A stretch of DNA of 64,000 nucleotides from assembly GCA_020351995.1 (NCBI GenBank), contig CP070674.1, positions 1,413,307 to 1,477,306 of the forward strand, written 5' to 3'. Below, piece by piece: positions 45,092-53,364 of this stretch. Numbering within the stretch: the stretch's first letter is position 1; every line of letters begins with the position of its first letter. Position numbers and translations under genes: made by a program. This stretch comes from Candidatus Zixiibacteriota bacterium. Its GTDB lineage: Bacteria > Zixibacteria > MSB-5A5 > GN15 > FEB-12. The notes under the pieces were generated by a model. It made no database searches. It was not told where the DNA came from and was given only the letters and a program-made list of their open reading frames with translations.

Positions 45092-46270
45092 ATGATTATC
45101 AAAAAGGCCGTTATCGACAAAGCCAACCGGCTCTATCAACTGCCCCCTGACATATTCTCCTTCACCCGGGAGAGAACCCGTCCGATGGCTATAAAGAAGG
45201 TTGACCTGCTTGATCTGGCCCGGTTCAGATGGCCGGTGTCGATGGAACCGGATAAGCTTCCGGCCAAGTCCGACTTCGAGCCCGCCGGCAAGTCAGAGCT
45301 AAGCAAGCTAAAGGGCACCCTGGTCGAGTGGTTCTCATCTTTCGCCGGTGTCAAGCTTAACGATACTAAAGAGGTATTCATCGGTGGTGGTATATCGTCC
45401 CTGATTTTTGCAACTACGCTAGCCTTTATAGATAATGGCGATATCGTTTTTGTCCCGGAACTGGCCGTGCCTCTGTATAAGAAGGCTACCACCGCTTGTG
45501 GGGGCGAGCCGGTCCATTATTCCGTCTCATTCAAGGACGATTGGCGTCCAAAATTCGATCGCATTAGCACCCGGCTCGGCCGGGTAGCGCGGCTACTGTT
45601 TTTGAACTCACCTCACAACCCGACCGGTGTTTCCCTCGACGAAAAGGAGATGGAGGACCTGATATGGATGGCGGCCAGAGAGAACATCGTCATTATAAAC
45701 GATGCCGCCTACCGCTCGGTCAGCGCTCGTCCGCCTGTTTCGCTGCTTAGTGTGGAGGGTGGCAAGAAAGTAGGAGTTGAAATATACTCCTTCGCTTATA
45801 TGTTCGGACTGCCGCCAATGCCTTTTGGCTTCGCGGTTGGAAACCGGGACGTCGTCAGCGGCATGGAAATGGCTTCAAGTCTGGTGCCGGCCCATATCCC
45901 GAAATATTTCGTTGACCTGGCCTTAACGGCTATCCGCCAGTATCCGAATCAGCAGCTTCGGACTATGAGACAACACCTGGAACGAACCGAGGCGGAAGCT
46001 ACAAGATTTCTCGGTTTGCTCTCGCTGGAAAAGTGCGGGTATGACACCGTGCCGTTCGTCTGGGCAAGTATTTCCGGACGTAAGAGTTCCCGGACCCTGG
46101 CCAGCACGCTTTACCGCCGAAGCCGCGTTCTGGCTGCGCCCGGCACGGCCTTCGGCGATACCGGCGAAGGGTTTCTCAGATTCTCATTGACGGCCCCTGC
46201 GGCTGACTATCAGGCCGCTTATGACCGGGTCAAGCGCAAGATCAACTTGCTGAAGGCTGGAGAGCAATAG
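45092..46270 (+). CDS. PLP-dependent aminotransferase, class I/II
   Basis: 392 aa with LFLNSPHNPTG and downstream YSFAYMFGLP blocks. The substrate cannot be called from sequence. Confidence 0.75.
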   Translation: MIIKKAVIDKANRLYQLPPDIFSFTRERTRPMAIKKVDLLDLARFRWPVSMEPDKLPAKSDFEPAGKSELSKLKGTLVEWFSSFAGVKLNDTKEVFIGGGISSLIFATTLAFIDNGDIVFVPELAVPLYKKATTACGGEPVHYSVSFKDDWRPKFDRISTRLGRVARLLFLNSPHNPTGVSLDEKEMEDLIWMAARENIVIINDAAYRSVSARPPVSLLSVEGGKKVGVEIYSFAYMFGLPPMPFGFAVGNRDVVSGMEMASSLVPAHIPKYFVDLALTAIRQYPNQQLRTMRQHLERTEAEATRFLGLLSLEKCGYDTVPFVWASISGRKSSRTLASTLYRRSRVLAAPGTAFGDTGEGFLRFSLTAPAADYQAAYDRVKRKINLLKAGEQ

Positions 46271-46671
46271 TGAAGGACGTCATCAGGCTGAGCGGATTAT
46301 CATTCTACGGATACCACGGCGCCACGGCCGCCGAGAAGGAAACCGGCCGCGTATTTGAGGTGGACTGCGAATTGGAGGTAGACCTGGCCGAGGCTGGACG
46401 AACCGACCAACTGGCCGATACTATTGATTATAGACAGGCTTATGACGTTATTAAGGAAACCGTCGAGGGACGGGCCTTTTCCCTGCTGGAGGGACTGGCT
46501 AGCCATCTGGCCAAGAAAATGCTGGAGGTTTTTCCGGTCTATCGGGTCACCCTGCGGGTACGCAAAATGAACCCGCCGATACCCGGCCAGATCGAGTCTA
46601 TCGAAGTCGAATTGACCCGGTTTCAGCAGGACACGTCTAAGCTAATCGGCAACGACCAGCGCAAGGAGTAA
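46270..46671 (+). CDS. folB: Dihydroneopterin aldolase
   Basis: 133 aa with LSFYGYHGATAAEKETGRVFEVD and DTIDYRQAYDVIKE. The GTG start overlaps the preceding stop by 1 nt. Confidence 0.85.
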   Translation: MKDVIRLSGLSFYGYHGATAAEKETGRVFEVDCELEVDLAEAGRTDQLADTIDYRQAYDVIKETVEGRAFSLLEGLASHLAKKMLEVFPVYRVTLRVRKMNPPIPGQIESIEVELTRFQQDTSKLIGNDQRKE

Positions 46672-46680
46672 ATAACGATC

Positions 46681-47190
46681 ATGACTGAAACAGTATATAT
46701 TCTGCTCGGCTCCAACATCGGCGACCGTGAAAAGAATCTGACTCATGCCCTCAATGCCATTGAGCAGATTGCCGGCCTGGAAATTGTGGCCACGTCGTCA
46801 ATCTACGTTTCCGAGGCGGTGGATATGGAAGGTGAGAATCCATCGTTCATGAACCAGGTGATCATGGCCGAATATCAGTTCACACCCAATGCTTTGCTAT
46901 CGGAACTGGAAGCACTGGAGAAAGCGATGGGACGTACCGGTAAAGGCCAGAAACTGCCCCGGGCCATGGACCTGGACATCCTTATGTTCGGTGACCGAAT
47001 CGTGGATACCGATAACCTGGTCATCCCGCATCGCGAACTGTTGAACAGGCCTTTCGCGATGGTGCCGCTTCTGGAAATCATGCCCGAGTTGATACACCCG
47101 GTCACGGGTACACCAATAGCTGACCATGTCAGCGAACAGGACAAACAGGAAGTTATCCTGTATAAGGAACATGTCGCCCGAGTCTTTTGA
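46681..47190 (+). CDS. folK: 2-amino-4-hydroxy-6-hydroxymethyldihydropteridine diphosphokinase
   Basis: 169 aa with ILLGSNIGDR, LPRAMDLDILMFG and IPHRELLNRPF. Confidence 0.9.
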   Translation: MTETVYILLGSNIGDREKNLTHALNAIEQIAGLEIVATSSIYVSEAVDMEGENPSFMNQVIMAEYQFTPNALLSELEALEKAMGRTGKGQKLPRAMDLDILMFGDRIVDTDNLVIPHRELLNRPFAMVPLLEIMPELIHPVTGTPIADHVSEQDKQEVILYKEHVARVF

Positions 47191-47833
47191 AGCGAAATAT
47201 ATCGCCGTCGAAGGCGTTATAGGCGTCGGCAAGACCACCTTCGCCCAGATGCTGGCGGAGAGAATCGACGCCGAGTTGATCAATGAGGAAGTCCTGGAGA
47301 ACCCTTTCCTGATCGACTTCTACAAAAACCGCAAACGCTTTGCTTTCTCCTGCCAGCTGTATTTTCTCATTTCCCGTTTTCAGCAGCAGCAAGGCTTGAT
47401 GGTTCGCGACCTGTTCGCCCAGCGAATAGTGGCTGATTACCTGTTCGCCAAGGACTCCATTTTCGCCTCTGTCAACCTTTCCGACAGAGAGCTGGCACTC
47501 TACAACAGGATCGCTCCGGTTTTGTTGAGCGACATACCCAGGCCGGATCTGGTCATTTACCTTCAGGCATCGACCCCGACTCTTCTGAAACGCGTTCAAC
47601 GACGGAATTTCAGCTTCGAGAAATCCATCGACTATGACTATATCGAGGTCCTCAATAAAGCCTACGATTACTACTTTTTCAATTACACCGAAACACCGCT
47701 GCTGGTCGTCAAAACAGACCAGATCGATTTTGTCAATAATACCACGCACTTCGATGATCTTATCGAGCAGATAAGCAAACCCATTTCCGGCAAGAAGTAT
47801 TACGCTCCCGCCGGAGATCTAGCCGGGAGATAA
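47171..47833 (+). CDS. Deoxynucleoside kinase family protein
   Basis: P-loop YIAVEGVIGVGKTT, then ENPFLIDFY and a C-terminal LID-like RRNFSFE. I chose ATG 47171, a 20-nt overlap with folK, over the ORF-track start at 47126. Confidence 0.8.
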   Translation: MSPESFEAKYIAVEGVIGVGKTTFAQMLAERIDAELINEEVLENPFLIDFYKNRKRFAFSCQLYFLISRFQQQQGLMVRDLFAQRIVADYLFAKDSIFASVNLSDRELALYNRIAPVLLSDIPRPDLVIYLQASTPTLLKRVQRRNFSFEKSIDYDYIEVLNKAYDYYFFNYTETPLLVVKTDQIDFVNNTTHFDDLIEQISKPISGKKYYAPAGDLAGR

Positions 47834-47838
47834 CCGAA

Positions 47839-48660
47839 ATGTCTTCCACCAGGAACAAGAACAAGGTCACTGTTGAAACGATAACAGCCAAGAAGGCCCG
47901 GGGCGAGAAGATAACCATCCTGACCGCGTATGATTACTTCATAGCCAAACTGATTGACGACGCTGGCATTGACGCCATCCTCGTCGGTGATTCGGCCAGC
48001 AACGTCATCCACGGCCATGATTCCACACTCCCTATATCAATGGACATCATGGTAGCCCACACAGCGGCTGCCGCTCGCGGAACCAAACGGGCGCTCTTGA
48101 TAGCTGATATGCCTTTTATGTCATTTCAGCCATCTGTCCAGACCGCCATTGAAAACGCCGGGAGATTTCTGCAGGAGGGCAACGCCGAAGCTGTGAAAAT
48201 CGAAGGCGGTATCGAAATGGTCCCCACTGTGAAACGAGTGATCGAATGCGGCATCCCGGTGATGGGACACATCGGCCTGACCCCTCAATCCATACACCGC
48301 TTCGGCGGACCCAGAGTTCAGGGCCGGCACGAAAAATCGCGGGCCTATCTCATGGAGTCCGCCCTGGCCCTCCAGGAGGCCGGCTGCTTCTCAATGGTAT
48401 TGGAGCTCATGGAGGCCTCTATCGCCGCCGAGATAACCAAAGCCCTCGACACCATGGCCACCATTGGCATCGGCGCCGGAACCGACTGCGACGGCCAGGT
48501 TCTCGTAATCAACGATATTCTGGGGCTAAGACCGGAAGGCTTCAAACCCAAGTTCCTTCGCGAATACGCCAACCTCTCCCCCATTATCAGCGAGGCCGTG
48601 AAAAAATACATCGACGACGTCAAGACCGGGCGATACCCTGGAAAAGACGAGTCCTATTAG
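47839..48660 (+). CDS. panB: 3-methyl-2-oxobutanoate hydroxymethyltransferase
   Basis: 273 aa, collinear with E. coli PanB as I recall it: ILTAYDY, ILVGDS, GHIGLTPQS, GIGAG and YPGKDESY. Confidence 0.95.
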   Translation: MSSTRNKNKVTVETITAKKARGEKITILTAYDYFIAKLIDDAGIDAILVGDSASNVIHGHDSTLPISMDIMVAHTAAAARGTKRALLIADMPFMSFQPSVQTAIENAGRFLQEGNAEAVKIEGGIEMVPTVKRVIECGIPVMGHIGLTPQSIHRFGGPRVQGRHEKSRAYLMESALALQEAGCFSMVLELMEASIAAEITKALDTMATIGIGAGTDCDGQVLVINDILGLRPEGFKPKFLREYANLSPIISEAVKKYIDDVKTGRYPGKDESY

Positions 48661-48981
48661 GCCCCTCGGTCCACAAAGACGGCTTGACTGCCTCCGTCGC
48701 ACTCAATTATAGAGTTTATCGACAACGGCAATGACCTTGCTGGTGTTGCCGGGAACAAAGCCGCGGGGAACGATGTTTTCAGGCTAAATCTATCGCAGAG
48801 AAAGCTTACAATGCTCCGAAAGACCTCCTCGCAGGAAGCATCTTTCGGCCGATGGCAGGCGCATATCGGAACTTTAACGGAGGGCGCTCAGGTAACTTCT
48901 GTTTTTAACCTTGCAAGAATTATTAGTGGATTCAATAGAATCTTAATCCCTTAATCTAACATTCACGGGAGTAATTTCAAA

Positions 48982-49449
48982 GTGGGCATGATCAAAGAAT
49001 TCAAAGAGTTTGCCGTCAAAGGCAATGTAGTTGACATGGCCGTGGGAATCATCATTGGCGCCGCGTTCGGCACCATTGTTAAATCCCTCGTAGCGGATGT
49101 AATTATGCCACCCATAGGCCTGCTTCTGGGCAACGTCGACTTTTCCAATCTGTTTATCGTTTTGAAACAGGGTGCCGAAGTGGCCGGGCCGTACGCAACT
49201 ATGGCCGACGCGCAGACGGCGGGCGCGGTGACCCTGAACTACGGTATGTTCATCAACACCGTTATCAGCTTCCTGATCGTAGCATACGCCGTCTTCCTCG
49301 TCGTTCGCAGTATGAATAAGCTTAAACGAAAAGAAGAGGCACCGGCACCGGCCGAACCAACTATGAAGGACTGTCCTTATTGTGCTTCCGAGATCTCAAT
49401 CAAGGCCAGGAAGTGCCCGAATTGCACATCGGAACTCGCCACATCTTAG
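48982..49449 (+). CDS. mscL: Large-conductance mechanosensitive channel MscL with C-terminal zinc-ribbon extension
   Basis: [46 protein letters not shown] is near-identical in pattern to E. coli MscL. The C-terminus reads [18 protein letters not shown] (49372..49425). Start is GTG 48982 or ATG 48988. Confidence 0.9.
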   Translation: MGMIKEFKEFAVKGNVVDMAVGIIIGAAFGTIVKSLVADVIMPPIGLLLGNVDFSNLFIVLKQGAEVAGPYATMADAQTAGAVTLNYGMFINTVISFLIVAYAVFLVVRSMNKLKRKEEAPAPAEPTMKDCPYCASEISIKARKCPNCTSELATS

Positions 49450-49474
49450 AAATAAACAATAGGAGGTAGTATCA

Positions 49475-50389
49475 ATGACCAGCACTCTCAGAGCGTCCTT
49501 TGTCCTCACTCTGCTGCTTTTGGTCGCTTCCGGGGCATCGGCCGCCGAAGAAGACAGCACCTTTGTCGGCTGGAGAAAATCACTCACAGCCGACATTACC
49601 GTCACCCAGACTGGCTACTCCGACTCATGGACCGGTGACGAAGTCAGTTCGTTCAACTGGGTAAGCAATCTCAACGGCACCGCCGAGAAACAACTCGCCC
49701 CATGGTTCGACTTTAAGTCTACCCTGAAAATCTCCTTCGGGCAGACCATAACACAAGACACGACCTCCGACGGTGGCCGCGAGTGGGGCGACTGGAGAAA
49801 ATCCACCGACCTTATCGACTGGGAAAATGTCGGACTGTTTACACTGCACCAATTTGTTGATCCTTATGTCGCTTTCAGACTGGAGACAAGGTTCTACGAC
49901 GGTAGTAACGCCGATAAGAAGCTCTGGTTCTCGCCACTCCGCCTGACAGAATCGGCCGGTATCGCCCGCAAGTTCTATACGAAGGAAGATGATTTCGTCC
50001 TGAGCCGCCTGGGCCTGGCCGTAAGAGAAACATTCATATCATCGATCGCCGACCCGGTAACCCTCAAAACCACCGACACAACCCTTACTGACGGCGGGCT
50101 TGAAAGCGTTACCGATGTCAGTCTTACACTTCACCAGAATATTCTCTACACCGCGAAATTGACGCTTTACAGGGCCTTCTTTTTCTCCAGGAGCGACGAG
50201 GTGAAAGGAACTGAGTACGAGGATTTTTGGAAGGCGGTCGATGTCGCGTGGGAAAATATACTGGCCGCCCAGGTTACCAAGTTCGTCACCGTTAATCTTT
50301 ACACCCAGATCCTTTACGACAAAGAAATATCCAGGAAAGGCCGTTTTAAAGAAACCGTCGCGATCGGTCTGGCCTTCAAGCTGATCTAG
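49475..50389 (+). CDS. Probable outer-membrane beta-barrel protein (DUF3078-like by recollection)
   Basis: 304 aa with a signal peptide (LLLLVASGASAA). Alternating amphipathic beta-strand pattern and an aromatic C-terminal strand (IGLAFKLI). Lies 25 nt after mscL. Confidence 0.5.
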   Translation: MTSTLRASFVLTLLLLVASGASAAEEDSTFVGWRKSLTADITVTQTGYSDSWTGDEVSSFNWVSNLNGTAEKQLAPWFDFKSTLKISFGQTITQDTTSDGGREWGDWRKSTDLIDWENVGLFTLHQFVDPYVAFRLETRFYDGSNADKKLWFSPLRLTESAGIARKFYTKEDDFVLSRLGLAVRETFISSIADPVTLKTTDTTLTDGGLESVTDVSLTLHQNILYTAKLTLYRAFFFSRSDEVKGTEYEDFWKAVDVAWENILAAQVTKFVTVNLYTQILYDKEISRKGRFKETVAIGLAFKLI

Positions 50390-50422
50390 AATTCCCTTGG
50401 GACCCGTATCGGGTAGACAGGC

Positions 50423-50449
50423 AAGGGTGAGTCGGCATGGCTCACCCTT
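50423..50449. terminator. Hairpin between convergent genes (49475..50389 and 50465..51364)
   Basis: 9-bp stem AAGGGTGAG / CTCACCCTT with a 9-nt loop. There is no clear T-run on either strand. Confidence 0.4.
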
Positions 50450-50464
50450 CTGTAATATCACCGG

Positions 50465-51364
50465 TTATTGATCATCCTCGGTGCTCCAGAAGGGAGCATG
50501 GTAGCTGCCGTCAAAATCCGATTCATAAAAACGTCCGTCCGGACCCTGGTAGATTAGCTGGTTGAAATCCAGCAGGTAGGGTTTCACGTGACCGGTCTGG
50601 GCGATAAAGTTCTTTGTTTGCGTTCCGACCTGCCCGGTGAAAACCAGGTTCGCGTCATCCCGTTGCTCCACGTAAACGTAGCGATTCAGGGTCGGCTCCA
50701 TACTCAGCCACCGAACCTTACCCTCGGAGGTAATGGTTACAAGCGTATCAACCGTAATCTCAGGACCTTCTTCGATGTCAAAATATCTTAATCGGCACAC
50801 ATCCCAGACACCGTTGTCGCGCTCCGACAGGGTAATAACCCGATCGGCCGAGTAATAGGTGGGGTCGGACCCGTTAACATCAAGCTGGGAAACACCGGGA
50901 TTCTCAATATTGATCAGGTAGAGAAGCTTTCCCACACAACCTATCAAAAGGCTATCATCGAGGAACGCGATTGCATGATAATTTCCGGTTACACCCGCTG
51001 TTGACACCGAGCCACTGGCAAAGTCGAGAACGTTGAGGGTCCCTCCGGTCAGAAATGCTACACCCGATCCGTCAGGAAATTGCACCGGCGAATGAAAACC
51101 GAATCCATAGAGAATCTCTTCTCTGGCAGGGCTCGTCACGCGCGCACGATATATACCGTTCTTATCCGCCAGGAGAGTATCACTGGTTATGTAATAGATA
51201 TACTCGCGATCCGTCGAAAGAGACGGTTCAAGCTCCGTTGAGTAGTACGAAGGCTCGTTTGGGAGATTGGGCGCGTTGGTCCCCGAATTATTATTGTTGC
51301 ACCCTGACGCGAAAACGAGTGCCAGACCGACCAGAAGACCTCCATACGCGAATACTTTGAACAT
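50465..51364 (-). CDS. Lipoprotein, beta-propeller-like, unknown function
   Basis: I chose ATG 51364 (MFKVFAYGGLLVGLALVFASGC, lipobox FASGC) instead of the ORF-track start at 51529, whose first 55 aa look non-coding. Confidence 0.65.
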   Translation of the reverse strand: MFKVFAYGGLLVGLALVFASGCNNNNSGTNAPNLPNEPSYYSTELEPSLSTDREYIYYITSDTLLADKNGIYRARVTSPAREEILYGFGFHSPVQFPDGSGVAFLTGGTLNVLDFASGSVSTAGVTGNYHAIAFLDDSLLIGCVGKLLYLINIENPGVSQLDVNGSDPTYYSADRVITLSERDNGVWDVCRLRYFDIEEGPEITVDTLVTITSEGKVRWLSMEPTLNRYVYVEQRDDANLVFTGQVGTQTKNFIAQTGHVKPYLLDFNQLIYQGPDGRFYESDFDGSYHAPFWSTEDDQ

Positions 51365-51470
51365 AACAAATCCTGAAAACCGCTCTTTGTATCTAATATA
51401 ACACCGAACAGATAGAATCCATTCCGAAAAAATGCCGGTAAAACCGAGAGTTTTGTGGGATAACGGGAAG

Positions 51471-53180
51471 TTAAGGGATGATATTGGCGACGTAGAGCAC
51501 TGCCAGGATACCGGCCAACAAGCCGGCACCGATGGTCACGTACATCCAGAGACGACCGTTCTTGCCGGTTGGCGCGTCCGGTTCTTCTTTGACAACCGGT
51601 GCCTGCTTGCGAGCCTCCCGCTGATGCTCATACTCCTCGAAATCCAGCAGGAACTCGTCGCAGGATTTGTAGCGACGCGTCACTCTGATCGCCAGAAGCT
51701 TGGCCAGCATCCTCTGAACGTCTTCAGGTAACTGCATCTTAACGTCGTGGAGAAGCAGGTTGCTGGCTGTGTCATAACTGGGATTTCGACCGGTTATCAT
51801 CTGATGAGCGATAACGCCCAGACTGTAAATGTCTCCCTGGCGTGTCTTCTTACGTTCAGGGGGCATATACCAGTTCTTCTTGCGGGGATTTTCATAGTGA
51901 GCCGGCAGGCCAAAATCCGTGATCTTCACAACGTCATCGGCATCAAACAGAATATTCGATGGCCTCAGGTTACCGTGAATTATGTTGTTCTTGTGGGCAT
52001 GGTGAAGTCCTGAGGCAACCGCCGTGATAATTCCAAAGGCCTTGTCCCACCGATACTTACGCACCATCCGATCTGCCAGAGACCCCCCCTGGGCGTAATC
52101 AATAATTATGACCGTGGACTTAGTGTCACCACCGGAACCGTAGATATCAATAATGTTCGGGTGCTTGAGCGTGCCGAGTACTTTCGCCTCCTTGCGTCCG
52201 GCTTCGCCCTTGCCGTGTTTCTTGATTACGTAGAGTTTCTTGTTTACCCGGTTCTCCACCAGAATGGTGGAACCAAACCTCGTTTCTTTTATCGTATCCA
52301 GATATCGGCATTTGCCCAAGAATGAATCCGTTCCCTCAAGAGAAAGGCTATCGGTCTTGGCGCCGGATTCATCGCGAATGATCACATTGAGTACGGCATC
52401 TTTCAATTCCACTGCTCTCTGGTAACGATCCTTGGCCTCCTGGGCCAGGCACTTCAGGATGATTTCATCAAACTCTTTGGGCAGCTTGCCATTTATCTCG
52501 GACGGAAGTTTGAAATGCCCCTGCGGCTTGTTACCGACGAGGATCTCATACAGCATCACACCTACAGCATAGATGTCGGTCGTCTGGTCCACCCGGGCAG
52601 AACTGATTTTTTGCTCCGGTGACATGTAGGCCAGGGTCCCCATGATGATATCCGATGACGTCATCTCGCTGTCGGGCGCGCACACCATCTGAGCTATCCC
52701 GAAATCACTCACCATGGCATTGCCCTGACGATCCACCAGAACATTGGTAGGCTTTATGTCCCGATGGATAACACCGTTCTTATGGGCATAGTCGAGCGCC
52801 TTGCACACCTGTACAATCATCTCGAGCTTCGTCCTCAGCAGTATCTTGGGACTATCGATTACTTCGCGCAGCGAGGTACCGTTGATGTACTCCATGACGA
52901 AGTAGTAACGACCACTGGCCTTGCCCCGATCGATGATGTGGACAATATTGGGATGATTGAGCCGCGCGATTACCAGCGACTCCCTTTCAAATCGGCGCAC
53001 GATATCCTGGTCCTCGGTCATCTTGGAGGACAGGATCTTTATGGCCACGTCACGATCCAGCGATTCCTGCCTGGCCTTATAGATCTCAGCCACACCCCCC
53101 CGGCCGATCTTGCCGGTTATGACGTAATCGCCAATCTTTACCGCTTTCTTGGGCTGCGCTACCTGTGCTGTTTCAACCAT
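51471..53180 (-). CDS. Tail-anchored Ser/Thr protein kinase with tandem kinase + pseudokinase domains
   Basis: 569 aa. Domain 1 has GKIGRGGVAEIYKA, VAIKIL, HRDIKPTNVLV, DFGIA and YMSPEQ. Domain 2 (51636..52310) has a degenerate G-loop, YVIKK, IIHGNLRPSNILF (HGN at 51969..51977), DFGLP and YMPPER. A single TM sits at aa 545-566, with only about 3 aa beyond it. Confidence 0.9.
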   Translation of the reverse strand: MVETAQVAQPKKAVKIGDYVITGKIGRGGVAEIYKARQESLDRDVAIKILSSKMTEDQDIVRRFERESLVIARLNHPNIVHIIDRGKASGRYYFVMEYINGTSLREVIDSPKILLRTKLEMIVQVCKALDYAHKNGVIHRDIKPTNVLVDRQGNAMVSDFGIAQMVCAPDSEMTSSDIIMGTLAYMSPEQKISSARVDQTTDIYAVGVMLYEILVGNKPQGHFKLPSEINGKLPKEFDEIILKCLAQEAKDRYQRAVELKDAVLNVIIRDESGAKTDSLSLEGTDSFLGKCRYLDTIKETRFGSTILVENRVNKKLYVIKKHGKGEAGRKEAKVLGTLKHPNIIDIYGSGGDTKSTVIIIDYAQGGSLADRMVRKYRWDKAFGIITAVASGLHHAHKNNIIHGNLRPSNILFDADDVVKITDFGLPAHYENPRKKNWYMPPERKKTRQGDIYSLGVIAHQMITGRNPSYDTASNLLLHDVKMQLPEDVQRMLAKLLAIRVTRRYKSCDEFLLDFEEYEHQREARKQAPVVKEEPDAPTGKNGRLWMYVTIGAGLLAGILAVLYVANIIP

Positions 53181-53364
53181 ACTAAGTGCAATTTGTCGCA
53201 GACAGCCGATAATCCGGCTATCCCTATTATAGTCGGCACAATCAAAGGGATGGTTTATTGGGCTGAGGCTATTTTTTGGGGATGGGGGCAGGACCCGTGC
53301 ACACGGATTCTATGCCCCGTGCCGGGACCAGTGTGGGCCCGTATGGAGCTGCTATCGCGGCAAT

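Noticed and set aside
47153-47749. 198-aa minus-strand ORF.
   Set aside because: It is antisense to the deoxynucleoside kinase gene, which has a P-loop and sits in operon context with folK and panB.
51365-51529. N-terminal extensions proposed by the ORF track: 50465..51529, and likewise 38091..38174, 47126..47170, 22876..22920 and 63781..63813.
   Set aside because: The extended parts precede obvious signal peptides or motif-bearing N-termini, lack an RBS, or overlap the upstream gene. I preferred internal ATGs with better context, and the start sites remain provisional.
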